A DNA stretch of 64,000 nt from Desulfatiglandales bacterium (lineage in GTDB: Bacteria; Desulfobacterota; DSM-4660; Desulfatiglandales; Desulfatiglandaceae): contig OY759599.1 in NCBI GenBank assembly GCA_963662465.1, positions 5,824,001 through 5,888,000 on the forward strand, read 5' to 3'. Each line of letters starts with the position of its first letter. Position 1 is the stretch's first letter. The translations under genes and the position numbers were made by a program. Below are positions 29,939 to 40,173 of the stretch, one piece after another. The notes below the pieces were generated by a model. The model made no database searches, was not told the DNA's origin, and saw only the letters and a program-made list of their open reading frames with translations.

Positions 29939-30967
29939 TTAAAAAAGTTTTCCCTGGCGGGAATTTGACGTCTCCCTGACTTCCAGGTGCAGGTGAAGAT
30001 AAGCCCGGCGCGTGGCTACCCGTCCCTGGGGGGTCCGCTTGATATACCCGCTTTGAATCAGGAAGGGTTCATAAACGTCCTCGATGGTGCCTTTTTCCTC
30101 CCCTACGGCGGCGCAGAGGCTGCTCAGGCCGATGGGTCCCCCATCAAATTTTTCAATGATGGTATGCATGATAAACCGGTCCATCTTATCGAGCCCCTGC
30201 TCGTCCACTTCCAGCATGTCCAGGGCCCGACTCGCTACCGGTTCGGTAATAACGCCGTCCGCTTCCACCTCCGCAAAATCCCGTACCCGGCGCAACAAGC
30301 GGTTGGCGATACGCGGCGTTCCCCTGGCCCTTTTGGCGATTTCCAAGGCGCCCTCATTCTTGATGGGGATTTCCAGGAGACCGGCCGATCGGACAACGAT
30401 TTTATAGAGGTCTTCAGGCTTGTAGAAGTCGAGGCGCAAAATGACGCCGAACCGATCCCTTAAGGGGGGCGTCAGCAGACCCGTCCTGGTGGTGGCCCCC
30501 ACCAGGGTGAAGGGGGGCAGAGGGATTTTCATGGTTCGGGCCGAAGGTCCCTGGCCGATGATAATGTCCAGCTCATAGTCTTCCATGGCCGGATACAGGA
30601 TTTCTTCCACCACATGATTGAGGCGATGAATTTCATCGATAAACAGGACATCCTTGGGTTGCAGGTTGGTTAAAATCGCAGCGAGATCCCCTGGTTTTTC
30701 AATGACCGGGCCGGAAGTGCTTCGGATGTTAACCCCCAGTTCGCCGGCAATGATATGGGACAGGGAGGTTTTTCCCAACCCCGGACTGCCGTGAAAAAGG
30801 ACATGGTCCAACGCTTCGGAACGTCCCCTGGCGGCTGCGATAAACACGTGCAGGCTGCGCTTCATTTCCTCCTGGCCCACGTATTCCGCAAGCGTTTTGG
30901 GCCTGAGGCTTATTTCCGCCGGGGCCTCCTCCGGTTGAAGGTCCGGATCTATGATGCGTTCTTCCAT
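29939..30967 (-). CDS. ruvB: Holliday junction helicase RuvB
   Basis: [53 protein letters not shown]. Confidence 0.97.
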   Translation of the reverse strand: MEERIIDPDLQPEEAPAEISLRPKTLAEYVGQEEMKRSLHVFIAAARGRSEALDHVLFHGSPGLGKTSLSHIIAGELGVNIRSTSGPVIEKPGDLAAILTNLQPKDVLFIDEIHRLNHVVEEILYPAMEDYELDIIIGQGPSARTMKIPLPPFTLVGATTRTGLLTPPLRDRFGVILRLDFYKPEDLYKIVVRSAGLLEIPIKNEGALEIAKRARGTPRIANRLLRRVRDFAEVEADGVITEPVASRALDMLEVDEQGLDKMDRFIMHTIIEKFDGGPIGLSSLCAAVGEEKGTIEDVYEPFLIQSGYIKRTPQGRVATRRAYLHLHLEVRETSNSRQGKLF

Positions 30968-30978
30968 AATATTCAGGC

Positions 30979-31581
30979 TCAGGCCATAATTTTGAGGCTT
31001 TCCTTGATCAGGGCCTCCAGGGTTTCGTCCTTCGCATGGTGTTTCGCTTGTTCGATGGCGGTCTTGGCAATTTTGGCCGAATAGCCCAGGTTTATGAGGG
31101 CTGAAAGGGCATCTTCCATCAGCCGTTCGGTTTGGCTGTCGCGGGTCGGCATGGGGAGCATTCCAGCGTTGTCTGAAAATTTGGCCGCGCGATCTTTCAA
31201 TTCCAGCGCAATCCGTTCCGCTGTTTTTTTCCCGATTCCCGGAATGGCTTGCAGGCGATGCGCGTCACCCGCGGCGATTGCTTGCAATAGATCCTCGGGA
31301 CCCATGCCCGAAAGGATATTGGCTGAAAGCTTGGGGCCGATGCCCGAAACGGATACCAACATCAGAAAGAGACTTTTTTCGAGTTTGGTATGGAATCCGA
31401 ACAATACCAGGGCGTCATCCCGTACGTGGGTGTGGATATGGAGATTGACGGGTCCATGGTGTTCCGGCAGGGTATAGTAGGTGGAAAGGGGAACAAAGAC
31501 TTCGTAGCCCACGCCGCCCACATCCACAATAATGGATTGGGCTGATTTTTCAAAAAGAGTGCCGCGCAGGTGTGAGATCAT
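30979..31581 (-). CDS. ruvA: Holliday junction DNA-binding protein RuvA
   Basis: [41 protein letters not shown]. Confidence 0.96.
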   Translation of the reverse strand: MISHLRGTLFEKSAQSIIVDVGGVGYEVFVPLSTYYTLPEHHGPVNLHIHTHVRDDALVLFGFHTKLEKSLFLMLVSVSGIGPKLSANILSGMGPEDLLQAIAAGDAHRLQAIPGIGKKTAERIALELKDRAAKFSDNAGMLPMPTRDSQTERLMEDALSALINLGYSAKIAKTAIEQAKHHAKDETLEALIKESLKIMA

Positions 31582-32087
31582 GCCTTCATTTTCTCCCCGA
31601 CTGTTGCCTTGATGGCTCTGAATTTGGCGCTATTGATATGGCAGATGGCCGCGGCCAGGGCATCGGAAGCATCCAGGGGCGCCGGCTTTTCAAGCCGCAA
31701 CATAATCTTGACCATGGCGCAAACCTGTTCTTTGTCGGCCCTGCCGTATCCCACCACCGATTTCTTGATTTCCAGCGGCGTGTACTCAAAGACCGGAATA
31801 TCGTGTTGACCCGCAGCAACCAGGGCAGCGCCCCGGGCGTGTCCCAGTTTGAGAGCGCTCCTGGCGTTTTTGGCAAAGAACAGGTCCTCAACGGCCATCT
31901 CTTGAGGTGCGTAGCGTTCCAGAATTTTCACGATATCTTGAAAAATCCGGTAAATTTTCCGGGGGAAAGGCAGGGTGTCCGGCGGTTTGATGATGCCGGT
32001 CCGGATGCAGAAAATCTCATGGTTTTTCTCCTCCACAAGGCCGTAACCGGTAATCCTGCTGCCGGGATCCACCCCCAGCACGAGCAT
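31578..32087 (-). CDS. ruvC: Holliday junction resolvase RuvC
   Basis: LGVDPGSRITGYG, LKLGHARG, GYGRADKEQV, DASDALAAAICH. Confidence 0.96.
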   Translation of the reverse strand: MLVLGVDPGSRITGYGLVEEKNHEIFCIRTGIIKPPDTLPFPRKIYRIFQDIVKILERYAPQEMAVEDLFFAKNARSALKLGHARGAALVAAGQHDIPVFEYTPLEIKKSVVGYGRADKEQVCAMVKIMLRLEKPAPLDASDALAAAICHINSAKFRAIKATVGEKMKA

Positions 32088-32833
32088 CAGCTCATGGCCT
32101 CCATCACGTCGTCGGCAATGTCAAAATTGGAGTACACATGGCTGACGTCGTCATGGTCTTCAATGGCCTGCATCAGGTTGATCATCTGCTGGGCCTTTTT
32201 GCCTTCAATTTTAACCGTGTTCTTGGGGATTTTGGTGACCTCGGCCAGGGTGTAGGGAAACCCCGCGTCCTCAATGGCCTTTCTCACCGCCTCAAAATCC
32301 GACGGGGCCGTCACCACTTCAAATTCCGTCTCTTCTTCTTTGACGTCCTCGGCGCCTGCTTCCAGGGCCAGGTCAATGAGCTGCTCTTCATCTACCTTGT
32401 CCTTTTCAAGAACAATCAGACCCCGTTGATCAAAAATCCAGGTTACACATCCGGGTTCGCCTAAATTGCCGCCATGCCGCTCAAAAATATGTTTGATGTC
32501 GGCGACGGAGCGGTTTTTGTTGTCCGTCAAACAATCCACCAGTACGGCAGCGCCGCCCGGTCCGTAACCGTCGTAGCTGGCTTCCTCGTAGGATACGCCT
32601 TCCAGTTCGCCGGTGCCCTTCTTGACGCCCCTTTCGATATTTTCCTTGGGCATGTTCTCCGCTTTTGCGGCGGCAATGGCGGTTCTCAGTCTGGGATTGC
32701 CCTCGGGATCACCGCCTCCCATACGGGCGGCCACGGTGATTTCTTTAATGAGTTTGGTAAATATTTTGCCTCTCTTGGCATCCGCCGCACCCTTTTTATG
32801 CTTGATGGAACTCCATTTTGAATGACCGGACAT
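32087..32833 (-). CDS. yebC: YebC/PmpR family protein
   Basis: [41 protein letters not shown]. Confidence 0.96.
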   Translation of the reverse strand: MSGHSKWSSIKHKKGAADAKRGKIFTKLIKEITVAARMGGGDPEGNPRLRTAIAAAKAENMPKENIERGVKKGTGELEGVSYEEASYDGYGPGGAAVLVDCLTDNKNRSVADIKHIFERHGGNLGEPGCVTWIFDQRGLIVLEKDKVDEEQLIDLALEAGAEDVKEEETEFEVVTAPSDFEAVRKAIEDAGFPYTLAEVTKIPKNTVKIEGKKAQQMINLMQAIEDHDDVSHVYSNFDIADDVMEAMS

Positions 32834-32872
32834 AAGTGTTTTCCTCCATTGTTGCCTATTGACAAACGATGA

Positions 32873-33478
32873 TCAAATACCTTGTTGCTTCACAATAAAC
32901 CCCGTTCCCACAAGATAAACCTCACGGCTCCGTTTTCGAGTGGCTTTCGGTCTGAAGAGCCGGATCTGTTGAAAGACAGGCGAAATGTTTGATTTAAAGG
33001 CTTTCAGATCTTCACCCTCGAAGATTTTGCATACAAAATGCCCCCCGTTTTTCAGAAGCGCCTGAGCAATGCGGGCGGCTGTTTCCGCCAGAAACATGGA
33101 TCTTGAGGCGTCGGTGGCCCGAATGCCCGTGGTGGGCGGCGCCAGATCGCTTAACACCAGGTTCCTGGGGCCAATTTCTCCTGCCAGCCATTCCGGTTCA
33201 ACGGTTTCGATATCCGCCTCAATGCATCTGAAATTGGGGGGGGCAAACGCTTTGGGCGCGTGCAGGTCGATGCCCACCACATTCCCCTGTTTCCCCACCT
33301 TCTTTATGGCGTATTGGGACCATGAGCCCGGAAAACACCCCAGGTCCAGCACCTGGTCGCCTTTGTGAATCAATTTAAATTTACTATCTATTTCTTGAAG
33401 CTTATATACGGAGCGCGCAAGCCATTTTTCCTTCCTGGCCTGGGCCGTATAATGATCATCCCATTGATTTGATTTCAT
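32873..33478 (-). CDS. rlmE: 23S rRNA Um2552 methyltransferase RlmE/FtsJ
   Basis: ARSVYKLQEID, LDLGCFPGSWSQ, LSDLAP, KIFEG, SREVYL; start MKSNQW. Confidence 0.92.
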   Translation of the reverse strand: MKSNQWDDHYTAQARKEKWLARSVYKLQEIDSKFKLIHKGDQVLDLGCFPGSWSQYAIKKVGKQGNVVGIDLHAPKAFAPPNFRCIEADIETVEPEWLAGEIGPRNLVLSDLAPPTTGIRATDASRSMFLAETAARIAQALLKNGGHFVCKIFEGEDLKAFKSNISPVFQQIRLFRPKATRKRSREVYLVGTGFIVKQQGI

Positions 33479-33557
33479 CCAAATACATTTATCACAGATA
33501 TAGCCCCTTTGCAAAAAAAAAGGGGGTTGGTTTTCTTGAGCAAAGGGAAAGCATGAT

Positions 33558-34949
33558 CTATTTTCGGGTCAGCGCTTCCACTCCGGTCCAATCCCCGGAA
33601 ACCCCTTTGACCATATAATGGGCGCAACGTTCGAGGTAGATGCGGGAGGCCTTATCCTCAGGGTTCTTTTGCAGCACCCGGCTGAATTTGACGCTGGATT
33701 CTGAGAATTTCCGGTCATAGTAGAGCTGAAGACCCGCTTCGAAGTCGGCCTTGGTCTGCTCTTTCAGCACCGCAACCGGTTGAGGATCACTATCATATAC
33801 CTCATATACGGAGACAGGCTGTTGTTTGCCTTTGACGGACACCTTGTCCACAAAGCGGTGTAGATACCGGCTGGGGTCTTTAAGACGGGAAAAGGTCAGT
33901 TCGCTGAGGGTGATTGAGGAGCCGTAAATCCGGGTCAGTCCTTCCAGCCGTGCCGCCAGGTTGACCGCATCAGCCACCACCGCTCCCTGCATGCGGTCTT
34001 CACTGCCGATGATGCCGAGCATCAAGTCTCCCAAATGAAGGCCCACGCCGATGCCCATGGGGAGAAGGCCGTGGGATTGCCGCTCTTCGTTGTATTCATC
34101 CACAACCCCGTGCATGGCAATGGCCGCCATCACCGCATCATCGGGGCTGTCGGGAAACAGGGCCATCACGCCATCCCCGTAATACTGGTCAATGAATCCA
34201 TGATGTTTTTGAATCACCGGGCTTACGCGCCGTAGATACCCGTTGATAAAATTGAAGTTGTCCTGGGGCGACATGGCCTCGGAGAGGGTTGTCCAGCCGC
34301 GGACGTCGGCAAACATCACCGTCATCTGTTGTTTGATCTGGTCCCCCAGTCGGATCTCATGAATGCTGTTCTTATTCAACAAACGGATGAACTCCCGGGG
34401 GACAAACCGTTCATAAATGTGGTTCAATTCGGCCAATTCGAGGGTTCTCGCCTGAACTCTTTCTTCCAGGAGATCGTTGGTGGTCTTCAATTCGATATTC
34501 TTTTCCGCCAGACGTTTCCTCAAACGGTTGATGGTCAGATGGGTGTTGACCCGGGCGATGACCTCTTCGGCCTGGAACGGTTTCGATACAAAATCCACGG
34601 CCCCCAGGTCAAATCCTTTTACTTTGTCCTTGGTATCGTCCAGCGCCGTCAGAAAAATTACGGGGATCGATTCCGTTGCAGTATCCGCCTTTAATCGCCG
34701 GCACACTTCAAATCCGTCAATCCCCGGCATCATCACATCCAGTAAGATCAAAGAGGGCCTGGCCTTTTTGGCAATGGCAAGGGCGCTTTCGCCATTTTTG
34801 GCAATGAGAAATTTGTGCCCGATCCCGGCCAGGGTTTCATGCAATACCTGCAGGTTTGTGGTGTTATCGTCTACCAGCAGTATCTGCTCGGGCGCTTGCG
34901 GTTTGTTTGAAGATTGCGTTGGTTCTGCATTCATTTCCTGCTCCACCAT
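33558..34949 (-). CDS. Response regulator receiver plus class III adenylate/guanylate cyclase
   Basis: ILLVDD..LDVMMPGIDG..KP receiver; MFADVRGWT, DQYYGDGVMA, VNLAARLEG, VKGK cyclase. Confidence 0.9.
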   Translation of the reverse strand: MVEQEMNAEPTQSSNKPQAPEQILLVDDNTTNLQVLHETLAGIGHKFLIAKNGESALAIAKKARPSLILLDVMMPGIDGFEVCRRLKADTATESIPVIFLTALDDTKDKVKGFDLGAVDFVSKPFQAEEVIARVNTHLTINRLRKRLAEKNIELKTTNDLLEERVQARTLELAELNHIYERFVPREFIRLLNKNSIHEIRLGDQIKQQMTVMFADVRGWTTLSEAMSPQDNFNFINGYLRRVSPVIQKHHGFIDQYYGDGVMALFPDSPDDAVMAAIAMHGVVDEYNEERQSHGLLPMGIGVGLHLGDLMLGIIGSEDRMQGAVVADAVNLAARLEGLTRIYGSSITLSELTFSRLKDPSRYLHRFVDKVSVKGKQQPVSVYEVYDSDPQPVAVLKEQTKADFEAGLQLYYDRKFSESSVKFSRVLQKNPEDKASRIYLERCAHYMVKGVSGDWTGVEALTRK

Positions 34950-37900
34950 TATTGTGCGGTCGCCGCCAGGGTCGCCGCCAGTTTCATCAGTCCGTCAAAG
35001 TCGAAATCTTCCGCGAGTTGAATGATTTTTCCGCCGTATTCCGATGAACCATCCGTTCGGGTCGCTATTTCGGCGCCCATGGTGGACAATTCCGTTACGT
35101 CTCCGATCTCGACGGCGTTTCGGATGCGAGCTGCCATGTCTTTGGCCATATGGGGTTGAAGAGGCGTGCGTGTTTCCGCCGTTTTCGAGGATAAGGCGTC
35201 ATCCGGCGCCAGGGTACGCAAGGCGGTTACCACCCTGTGAAGTTCCTGCTTGAACACCCCAAACGCCTTATCCGGCAGCGTCTTTCCGCCATTTTTAAAG
35301 ACTGTTTCCAAAGCAGCGGCCGCCGCTTGCAGTCCTTCGGTCCCAATATTGGCGCCGGCCCCTTTAAGTGAGTGGGCCAGGATCTCGGCGTCATTATATT
35401 TTTTGTTATGGACCAGGTCCTTCAGGGTGTCAGCTGCATTTTCAAAATCCCGGCCGAATTTCAAAAGAATGCGACGGTAGGACGTTTTATTGCCCAAAAG
35501 GCGCTTCAGGCCGGCGGTCACATCAATCCCATCCACCTCGGGGAAATCCGTCGCAATACCTTCCGGAACAAACGGTATGGTTTCTATTTTGGCGGCGTCT
35601 TCCTCGCCGACACGCTTCCCGACGACTGGTTTCAGCCATTTCACAAGGGTTTGAAACAGCACCTCGGGATCGATGGGTTTGGTTACATGATCGTCCATAT
35701 CCGCTTCCAGGGATTTCTCGCGATCGCCGGCCAGGGCGTGAGCGGTCATGGCGATGATGGGAATGCGGCGTGTGGCGTGCGGCGTGCGGCATTGTTCTTC
35801 CCATTTACGGATTTCACGGGTGGCCGTGTATCCGTCCATTACGGGCATCTGCACGTCCATCAAAACCGCGTCATGGCCTCCTTTTTTTACGGCATCAACC
35901 GCTTCCCGGCCATTATTGGCCAGAGAGATATGGAGGCCGGCTGACTCAAGGATCTCTTTGGCGACCTGTTGATTGATTTCATTGTCTTCCACCAGCAACA
36001 CCCTGGCCCCTCGGATCTGCCGCAGCGGTCCGGATTCCTGAGACTTTCTCGGAACCGATTGGGATACTTTGGGAATATCCCGGCCCACGGCCTGCATGAT
36101 GGCGTCAAAGAGTACGGACGGGTTCACCGGTTTGAGGAGGAAACCATCCAACCCCGCCTCATCCGCTTGCTTCATGATCTCTTCATTGCCATAATTGGTT
36201 ACCATGACAATGGCCGGGACCTTGCTGAGGCGGGGATGGCGTTTGATGCGTTCGGCGGCCTGGATGCCGTTCATCCCCGGCATCTTGTAGTCCATGATCA
36301 CCAGTTCATAGGGATGGTTCTTCTCGGCGTTTTCAATCTCCGTCAACCCTTCTTCCCCTGAAGACGCCAGCGTGGTTTCAAAGGAAAAGGAACCCAGAAT
36401 GTCCTGTAGAATTTCCCTTGAGGTGGCATTGTCATCCACCACCAGGACCTTCATGCCCCGCAGATCCGGTGAAGGCCTGAAGCGGTTCTTCTCTTTTTCC
36501 CGTCCACAGCCGAAAACGGCAGTGAAAATAAAGGAACTGCCCAGACCGGGCTCGCTTTCCACCCGGATGTCGCCTTGCATCAAGTTCACCAGACGTTTAC
36601 TGATGGTCAGACCCAATCCGGTGCCGCCGAATTTTCGAGTGGTGGACGCATCCGCCTGGGTGAAGGGTTGAAAGAGTCTGCCGGCCTGTTCCCGTGTGAG
36701 ACCTAACCCCGTGTCTCTTACTTTGAACCTCAGTGTCACCCGGTCCCTTTCCTGTGAGAGCAACTCGGTGGAGATCACGATTTCCCCCGATTCCGTGAAT
36801 TTCACGGCATTGTTGGCCAGGTTGATGAGGACCTGTCCCAGGCGCAGGGGGTCGCCGACCAGACGCCGCGGCGCCCCCGGATCGATGGAAAAAAGGACCT
36901 CAAGATCCTTTTTTTCCTGCGCTTTTCCCGAGATCAGATGGGTTAGGTTTTCCAGCACATCATCTAAATTGAAGTCGATGGACTCCATGTCCAGCTTGCC
37001 GGCCTCGATTTTGGAAAAATCCAGGATATCGTTGATAATTCCCAGCAGTGAATGGGCGGAGGACTGGATTTTACCGAGATAGTCCGCCTGTTTGGGCGTC
37101 AAATCCGTCTTCAGGGCCAGGTGGGTCATGCCGATGACGGCGTTCATGGGGGTTCGCAGTTCATGGCTCATGTTCGCCAGAAACGTACTCTTGGCCTCGT
37201 TGGCGGCATCGGCCGCTTTTTTTGCCTGCTGGGCCTCCCGGGTGGCCTCAGCCAGTTCGGCCGTGCGTTCTTCCACCAACTCCTTCAGATGTTCCTGGTA
37301 CTTTCTTAAGTCCGCTTCCGCCCGTTTGCTTTCGGTGATGTCCCTGACAATTCCCTGATAAACCAGAATGTGGCCGTCGTCGATTCGCCGGCATGTTGCG
37401 GTGACCAGGCAATCCATGGGTGCGCCATTCTTTTTTTGAAGCCTGACATCCAGGTCTTTGACGGATCCTGCGGGGCCTGCGGCCCGCACAAATCTGCTTC
37501 TGCCTTCCGGGTTCATATCCGTATCCCAGACATTCATCTGCATCATCTCTGACCGGGTATAACCGAAAAGGTCCAGCATGGCCTGATTCGCATCCATCAT
37601 TTTGCCGATACGATCACAAATGAAAATGGCATCCCGGGAATCTTCAAACAGCGCCCGGTATTTCTTCTCGTTTTCGCCCAACGCCTGATAGAAATGTGCA
37701 TTATTGATGGCGACGGACGTATGGCTGACCAGTCTGGTGAGCCCCACATGGGCATTGCCCCCCGCCGGAACCCGAGCCTGAAATGATTTCATCTCCGCGG
37801 TGTTGCCGGCCGCCAAAAACCCCAGCGGCTTTTCAGGTTCACCGGCCAGGGGAAGGAGAATATACTCGTCCATATCCAGTTTCAGGCCCAGTGCCGAAAG

Positions 37901-38377
37901 ATCTTCCCGCTCGCAGGTTTCGGCACATATGATCTCATGGGGAGACTGCCGCAATTGCCGCAACAGGGGATCTTCCGCGGACAGGCACAGGGTCGCCACA
38001 TCCGGGCGTTTTCCCTCGTCGTAATAGCCGTCCATGGCTTGAACCCGATAAACCCCTTCCTTCGAATCGGGCATGAAAATCAGGCAACGTTCGAAATTGA
38101 TCTCATAGAGTACGAACCGAATGCATATCTCCAGAATCTCCATTAACTCCCTGGTGGCCGTGAATTGCTTGCCCACCTCGTAGAGCCGGCGATAGAACTG
38201 CATCTGGGCGTCCAGTTGCTCCTGGATGTTGTAGAGTTCAACCTCGGTTTTGCTCAGGCGTTTTACCTGGCCGCTTAACTGGAGATTTTCCTTCTGAAGT
38301 TTTTGAATCTGATCTTCGGCCTGCTCATAACGGGAATGCAGTGCCGCCAACGCCTGTTCGGGATTCTTTGGGGTCAT
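34949..38377 (-). CDS. Hybrid sensor histidine kinase (GAF-like, PAS, HisKA, HATPase, two REC, HPt)
   Basis: FLANMSHELRTP, NAVKFT, DTGLG, GGTGLGL, two receivers, AHSLKGAG HPt; no obvious transmembrane segments. Confidence 0.92.
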   Translation of the reverse strand: MTPKNPEQALAALHSRYEQAEDQIQKLQKENLQLSGQVKRLSKTEVELYNIQEQLDAQMQFYRRLYEVGKQFTATRELMEILEICIRFVLYEINFERCLIFMPDSKEGVYRVQAMDGYYDEGKRPDVATLCLSAEDPLLRQLRQSPHEIICAETCEREDLSALGLKLDMDEYILLPLAGEPEKPLGFLAAGNTAEMKSFQARVPAGGNAHVGLTRLVSHTSVAINNAHFYQALGENEKKYRALFEDSRDAIFICDRIGKMMDANQAMLDLFGYTRSEMMQMNVWDTDMNPEGRSRFVRAAGPAGSVKDLDVRLQKKNGAPMDCLVTATCRRIDDGHILVYQGIVRDITESKRAEADLRKYQEHLKELVEERTAELAEATREAQQAKKAADAANEAKSTFLANMSHELRTPMNAVIGMTHLALKTDLTPKQADYLGKIQSSAHSLLGIINDILDFSKIEAGKLDMESIDFNLDDVLENLTHLISGKAQEKKDLEVLFSIDPGAPRRLVGDPLRLGQVLINLANNAVKFTESGEIVISTELLSQERDRVTLRFKVRDTGLGLTREQAGRLFQPFTQADASTTRKFGGTGLGLTISKRLVNLMQGDIRVESEPGLGSSFIFTAVFGCGREKEKNRFRPSPDLRGMKVLVVDDNATSREILQDILGSFSFETTLASSGEEGLTEIENAEKNHPYELVIMDYKMPGMNGIQAAERIKRHPRLSKVPAIVMVTNYGNEEIMKQADEAGLDGFLLKPVNPSVLFDAIMQAVGRDIPKVSQSVPRKSQESGPLRQIRGARVLLVEDNEINQQVAKEILESAGLHISLANNGREAVDAVKKGGHDAVLMDVQMPVMDGYTATREIRKWEEQCRTPHATRRIPIIAMTAHALAGDREKSLEADMDDHVTKPIDPEVLFQTLVKWLKPVVGKRVGEEDAAKIETIPFVPEGIATDFPEVDGIDVTAGLKRLLGNKTSYRRILLKFGRDFENAADTLKDLVHNKKYNDAEILAHSLKGAGANIGTEGLQAAAAALETVFKNGGKTLPDKAFGVFKQELHRVVTALRTLAPDDALSSKTAETRTPLQPHMAKDMAARIRNAVEIGDVTELSTMGAEIATRTDGSSEYGGKIIQLAEDFDFDGLMKLAATLAATAQ

Positions 38378-38410
38378 GACGGGAAACCTCTTTCGAATTT
38401 TCGAAGGGGG

Positions 38411-39595
38411 TTAATAAACCGCTGCGATAACGGCGGTGTAATTATGAAAGCAATTGGATTTCCCTACGGGGCCGATTTCGCCCAGTGTATAAAAACCTAC
38501 CCACGGCGCCTCGGGTATCTGTTGCTGCAGGCGTTTTTGAAGCGCGGTTTTCTGATGCTCACGCAGAAACACCTTGCCCCGACCGCAACAGTCAAACTGG
38601 AACGCCAGTTTGGCCGGGTTTTCGCCGAGCTGATCGTTGATCCGGTCTGCCAGGCGGTCGATGCCTTCGGCCACTTTTTCGTAATCCCTCCTCGTCATCC
38701 AGATGCTGGTTCCCGGAGCGACTTCCGTGGGGATAGTGACCGAACCCTTTTCATCATCCTTGGTGGGCATGAACCGTATCATGTAATCATCATAGCCTGC
38801 CATATGTCCGGGGGTCTCGAAGCCCAGGGTCAGATGGATCACCGCCTTGGCCCAGTCGACAATCTCGTCATCCGTCAGGTATTCCTTGAGGACGGCAAGT
38901 GCCGGTCTATGGTCAATTTCATAGATGGTGTTTTCCTCGCAGCGGGTGATCTTATGTTCAACGCCGGTGGGGACGCAGCCGTGATTGACGGCCCAGGCGA
39001 TCCGGGCATCTCCCGAAAGCAAGGCCCAGGAAATGCCATCCGAGATGACCTGATCGTTATAGTACTGATACGTCTGCTTCAACTGCCAGTTATCCGCGGC
39101 CGCACCGCCGACCAACGGCAGCAGATGTTCCAGGTTCAGCGTTTGTTCAAAGCCGCTGAGGAATCGGTCGAAGTTGAAGGTGAGACCATCGGCAAACAGG
39201 AAAAGAGCGAGGGTGTCCGGTTTCAACTCAGGCTGGAGTGTACCGGCGAGTGCCTGCCCGACACCCGTGGAATCGGCCTTAAGGCCGGTATCCATACCAT
39301 TAATGAAACGCAATTCATCGGAGCAGATGGCCATGATGACCACGGAAAAGTTGGACTCATCCACCTCATCTCTCATGATGGCGCCTTCCCCCGAACACCC
39401 GCAAAGCGGCGCCCCGCTGGTTGCTTCTCGCACGGCCTTCAGCAGTGCCTGCTGATGATAGCCCACCGTGGCAAACATGAAGACAAAGTCAGGTTTTTCA
39501 AACCCGCCACTTTTGAGGGCTGCCTCTACGGCTTCTCGACCCGCCGCCATCGGATTTCGATGATGGCTCATCCCCACACCGGCTTTCGTATGCAT
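38411..39595 (-). CDS. FIST N/FIST C domain sensory protein (NosP-like)
   Basis: GCSGEG, LVGGAAAD, IYEIDHRPA, DCCGRG, GFYTLGEIGP..FHNYT; RBS GAAGGAG before ATG 39595. Confidence 0.88.
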   Translation of the reverse strand: MHTKAGVGMSHHRNPMAAGREAVEAALKSGGFEKPDFVFMFATVGYHQQALLKAVREATSGAPLCGCSGEGAIMRDEVDESNFSVVIMAICSDELRFINGMDTGLKADSTGVGQALAGTLQPELKPDTLALFLFADGLTFNFDRFLSGFEQTLNLEHLLPLVGGAAADNWQLKQTYQYYNDQVISDGISWALLSGDARIAWAVNHGCVPTGVEHKITRCEENTIYEIDHRPALAVLKEYLTDDEIVDWAKAVIHLTLGFETPGHMAGYDDYMIRFMPTKDDEKGSVTIPTEVAPGTSIWMTRRDYEKVAEGIDRLADRINDQLGENPAKLAFQFDCCGRGKVFLREHQKTALQKRLQQQIPEAPWVGFYTLGEIGPVGKSNCFHNYTAVIAAVY

Positions 39596-39766
39596 GACAA
39601 ATTCTCCTTCGCTCTCATGCTGATTTTTGTACAGCATAACAGAATTTGGGGAGGATCTTCAACAAATAACAAGAATTTGCGGGGGAAGGTTGTTTAGTGA
39701 CTTACAGATTAAATGCTTCTAAAAAAACAAAATGATCAATATAACAGCATGACTTTATTGGTATGG

Positions 39767-39798
39767 AAACTTAAAACTTAAAACCGCGACTATGCCGC
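39767..39798 (-). repeat. Stop-codon-attached hairpin plus heptamers
   Basis: TAG-GCGGCATAGTCGCGG-TTTTAAG-TTTTAAG on the minus strand. Confidence 0.7.
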
Positions 39799-40173
39799 CT
39801 AAGCGAGGTTTACATGCCGGGTGGCGATGATATTACAGTCCGTACCGGCTGGATTTTTAATGAGGACATCGCCGATGGACACGGGGGCTTTGAAAGTGAT
39901 GGATTGAATCTCCGCCATGACCTGTAAGATGCTGTTTTTGGGAATGGGGGCGTCCGTTCGAACGCTGACCAGGGGAAAATCTCCGTTTTCCACCCGGATG
40001 TTGCCGGCAATGGTTCTCATGGGACGAACGAATTCCTGTTCCGCCCATTTGGGTCCCTTGTCGCAGGTATGTCCCTTAATCCGGATGATCCGGATGTGGG
40101 GTTCTTCTTCAAAATCGACCTCCAGCGGGCATCCGTTGGGGCACACGATACAGGTGAGTTCTTTTCGTTTCAT
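39799..40173 (-). CDS. DUF1667 family small Cys protein
   Basis: TCIVCPNGC..GHTCDKG; SVRTDAPIPK; usual third gene of this trio. Confidence 0.85.
   Translation of the reverse strand: MKRKELTCIVCPNGCPLEVDFEEEPHIRIIRIKGHTCDKGPKWAEQEFVRPMRTIAGNIRVENGDFPLVSVRTDAPIPKNSILQVMAEIQSITFKAPVSIGDVLIKNPAGTDCNIIATRHVNLA

Noticed and set aside
38303..39697. 464-aa plus-strand ORF
   Set aside because: Antisense shadow of the FIST gene; no recognisable motifs
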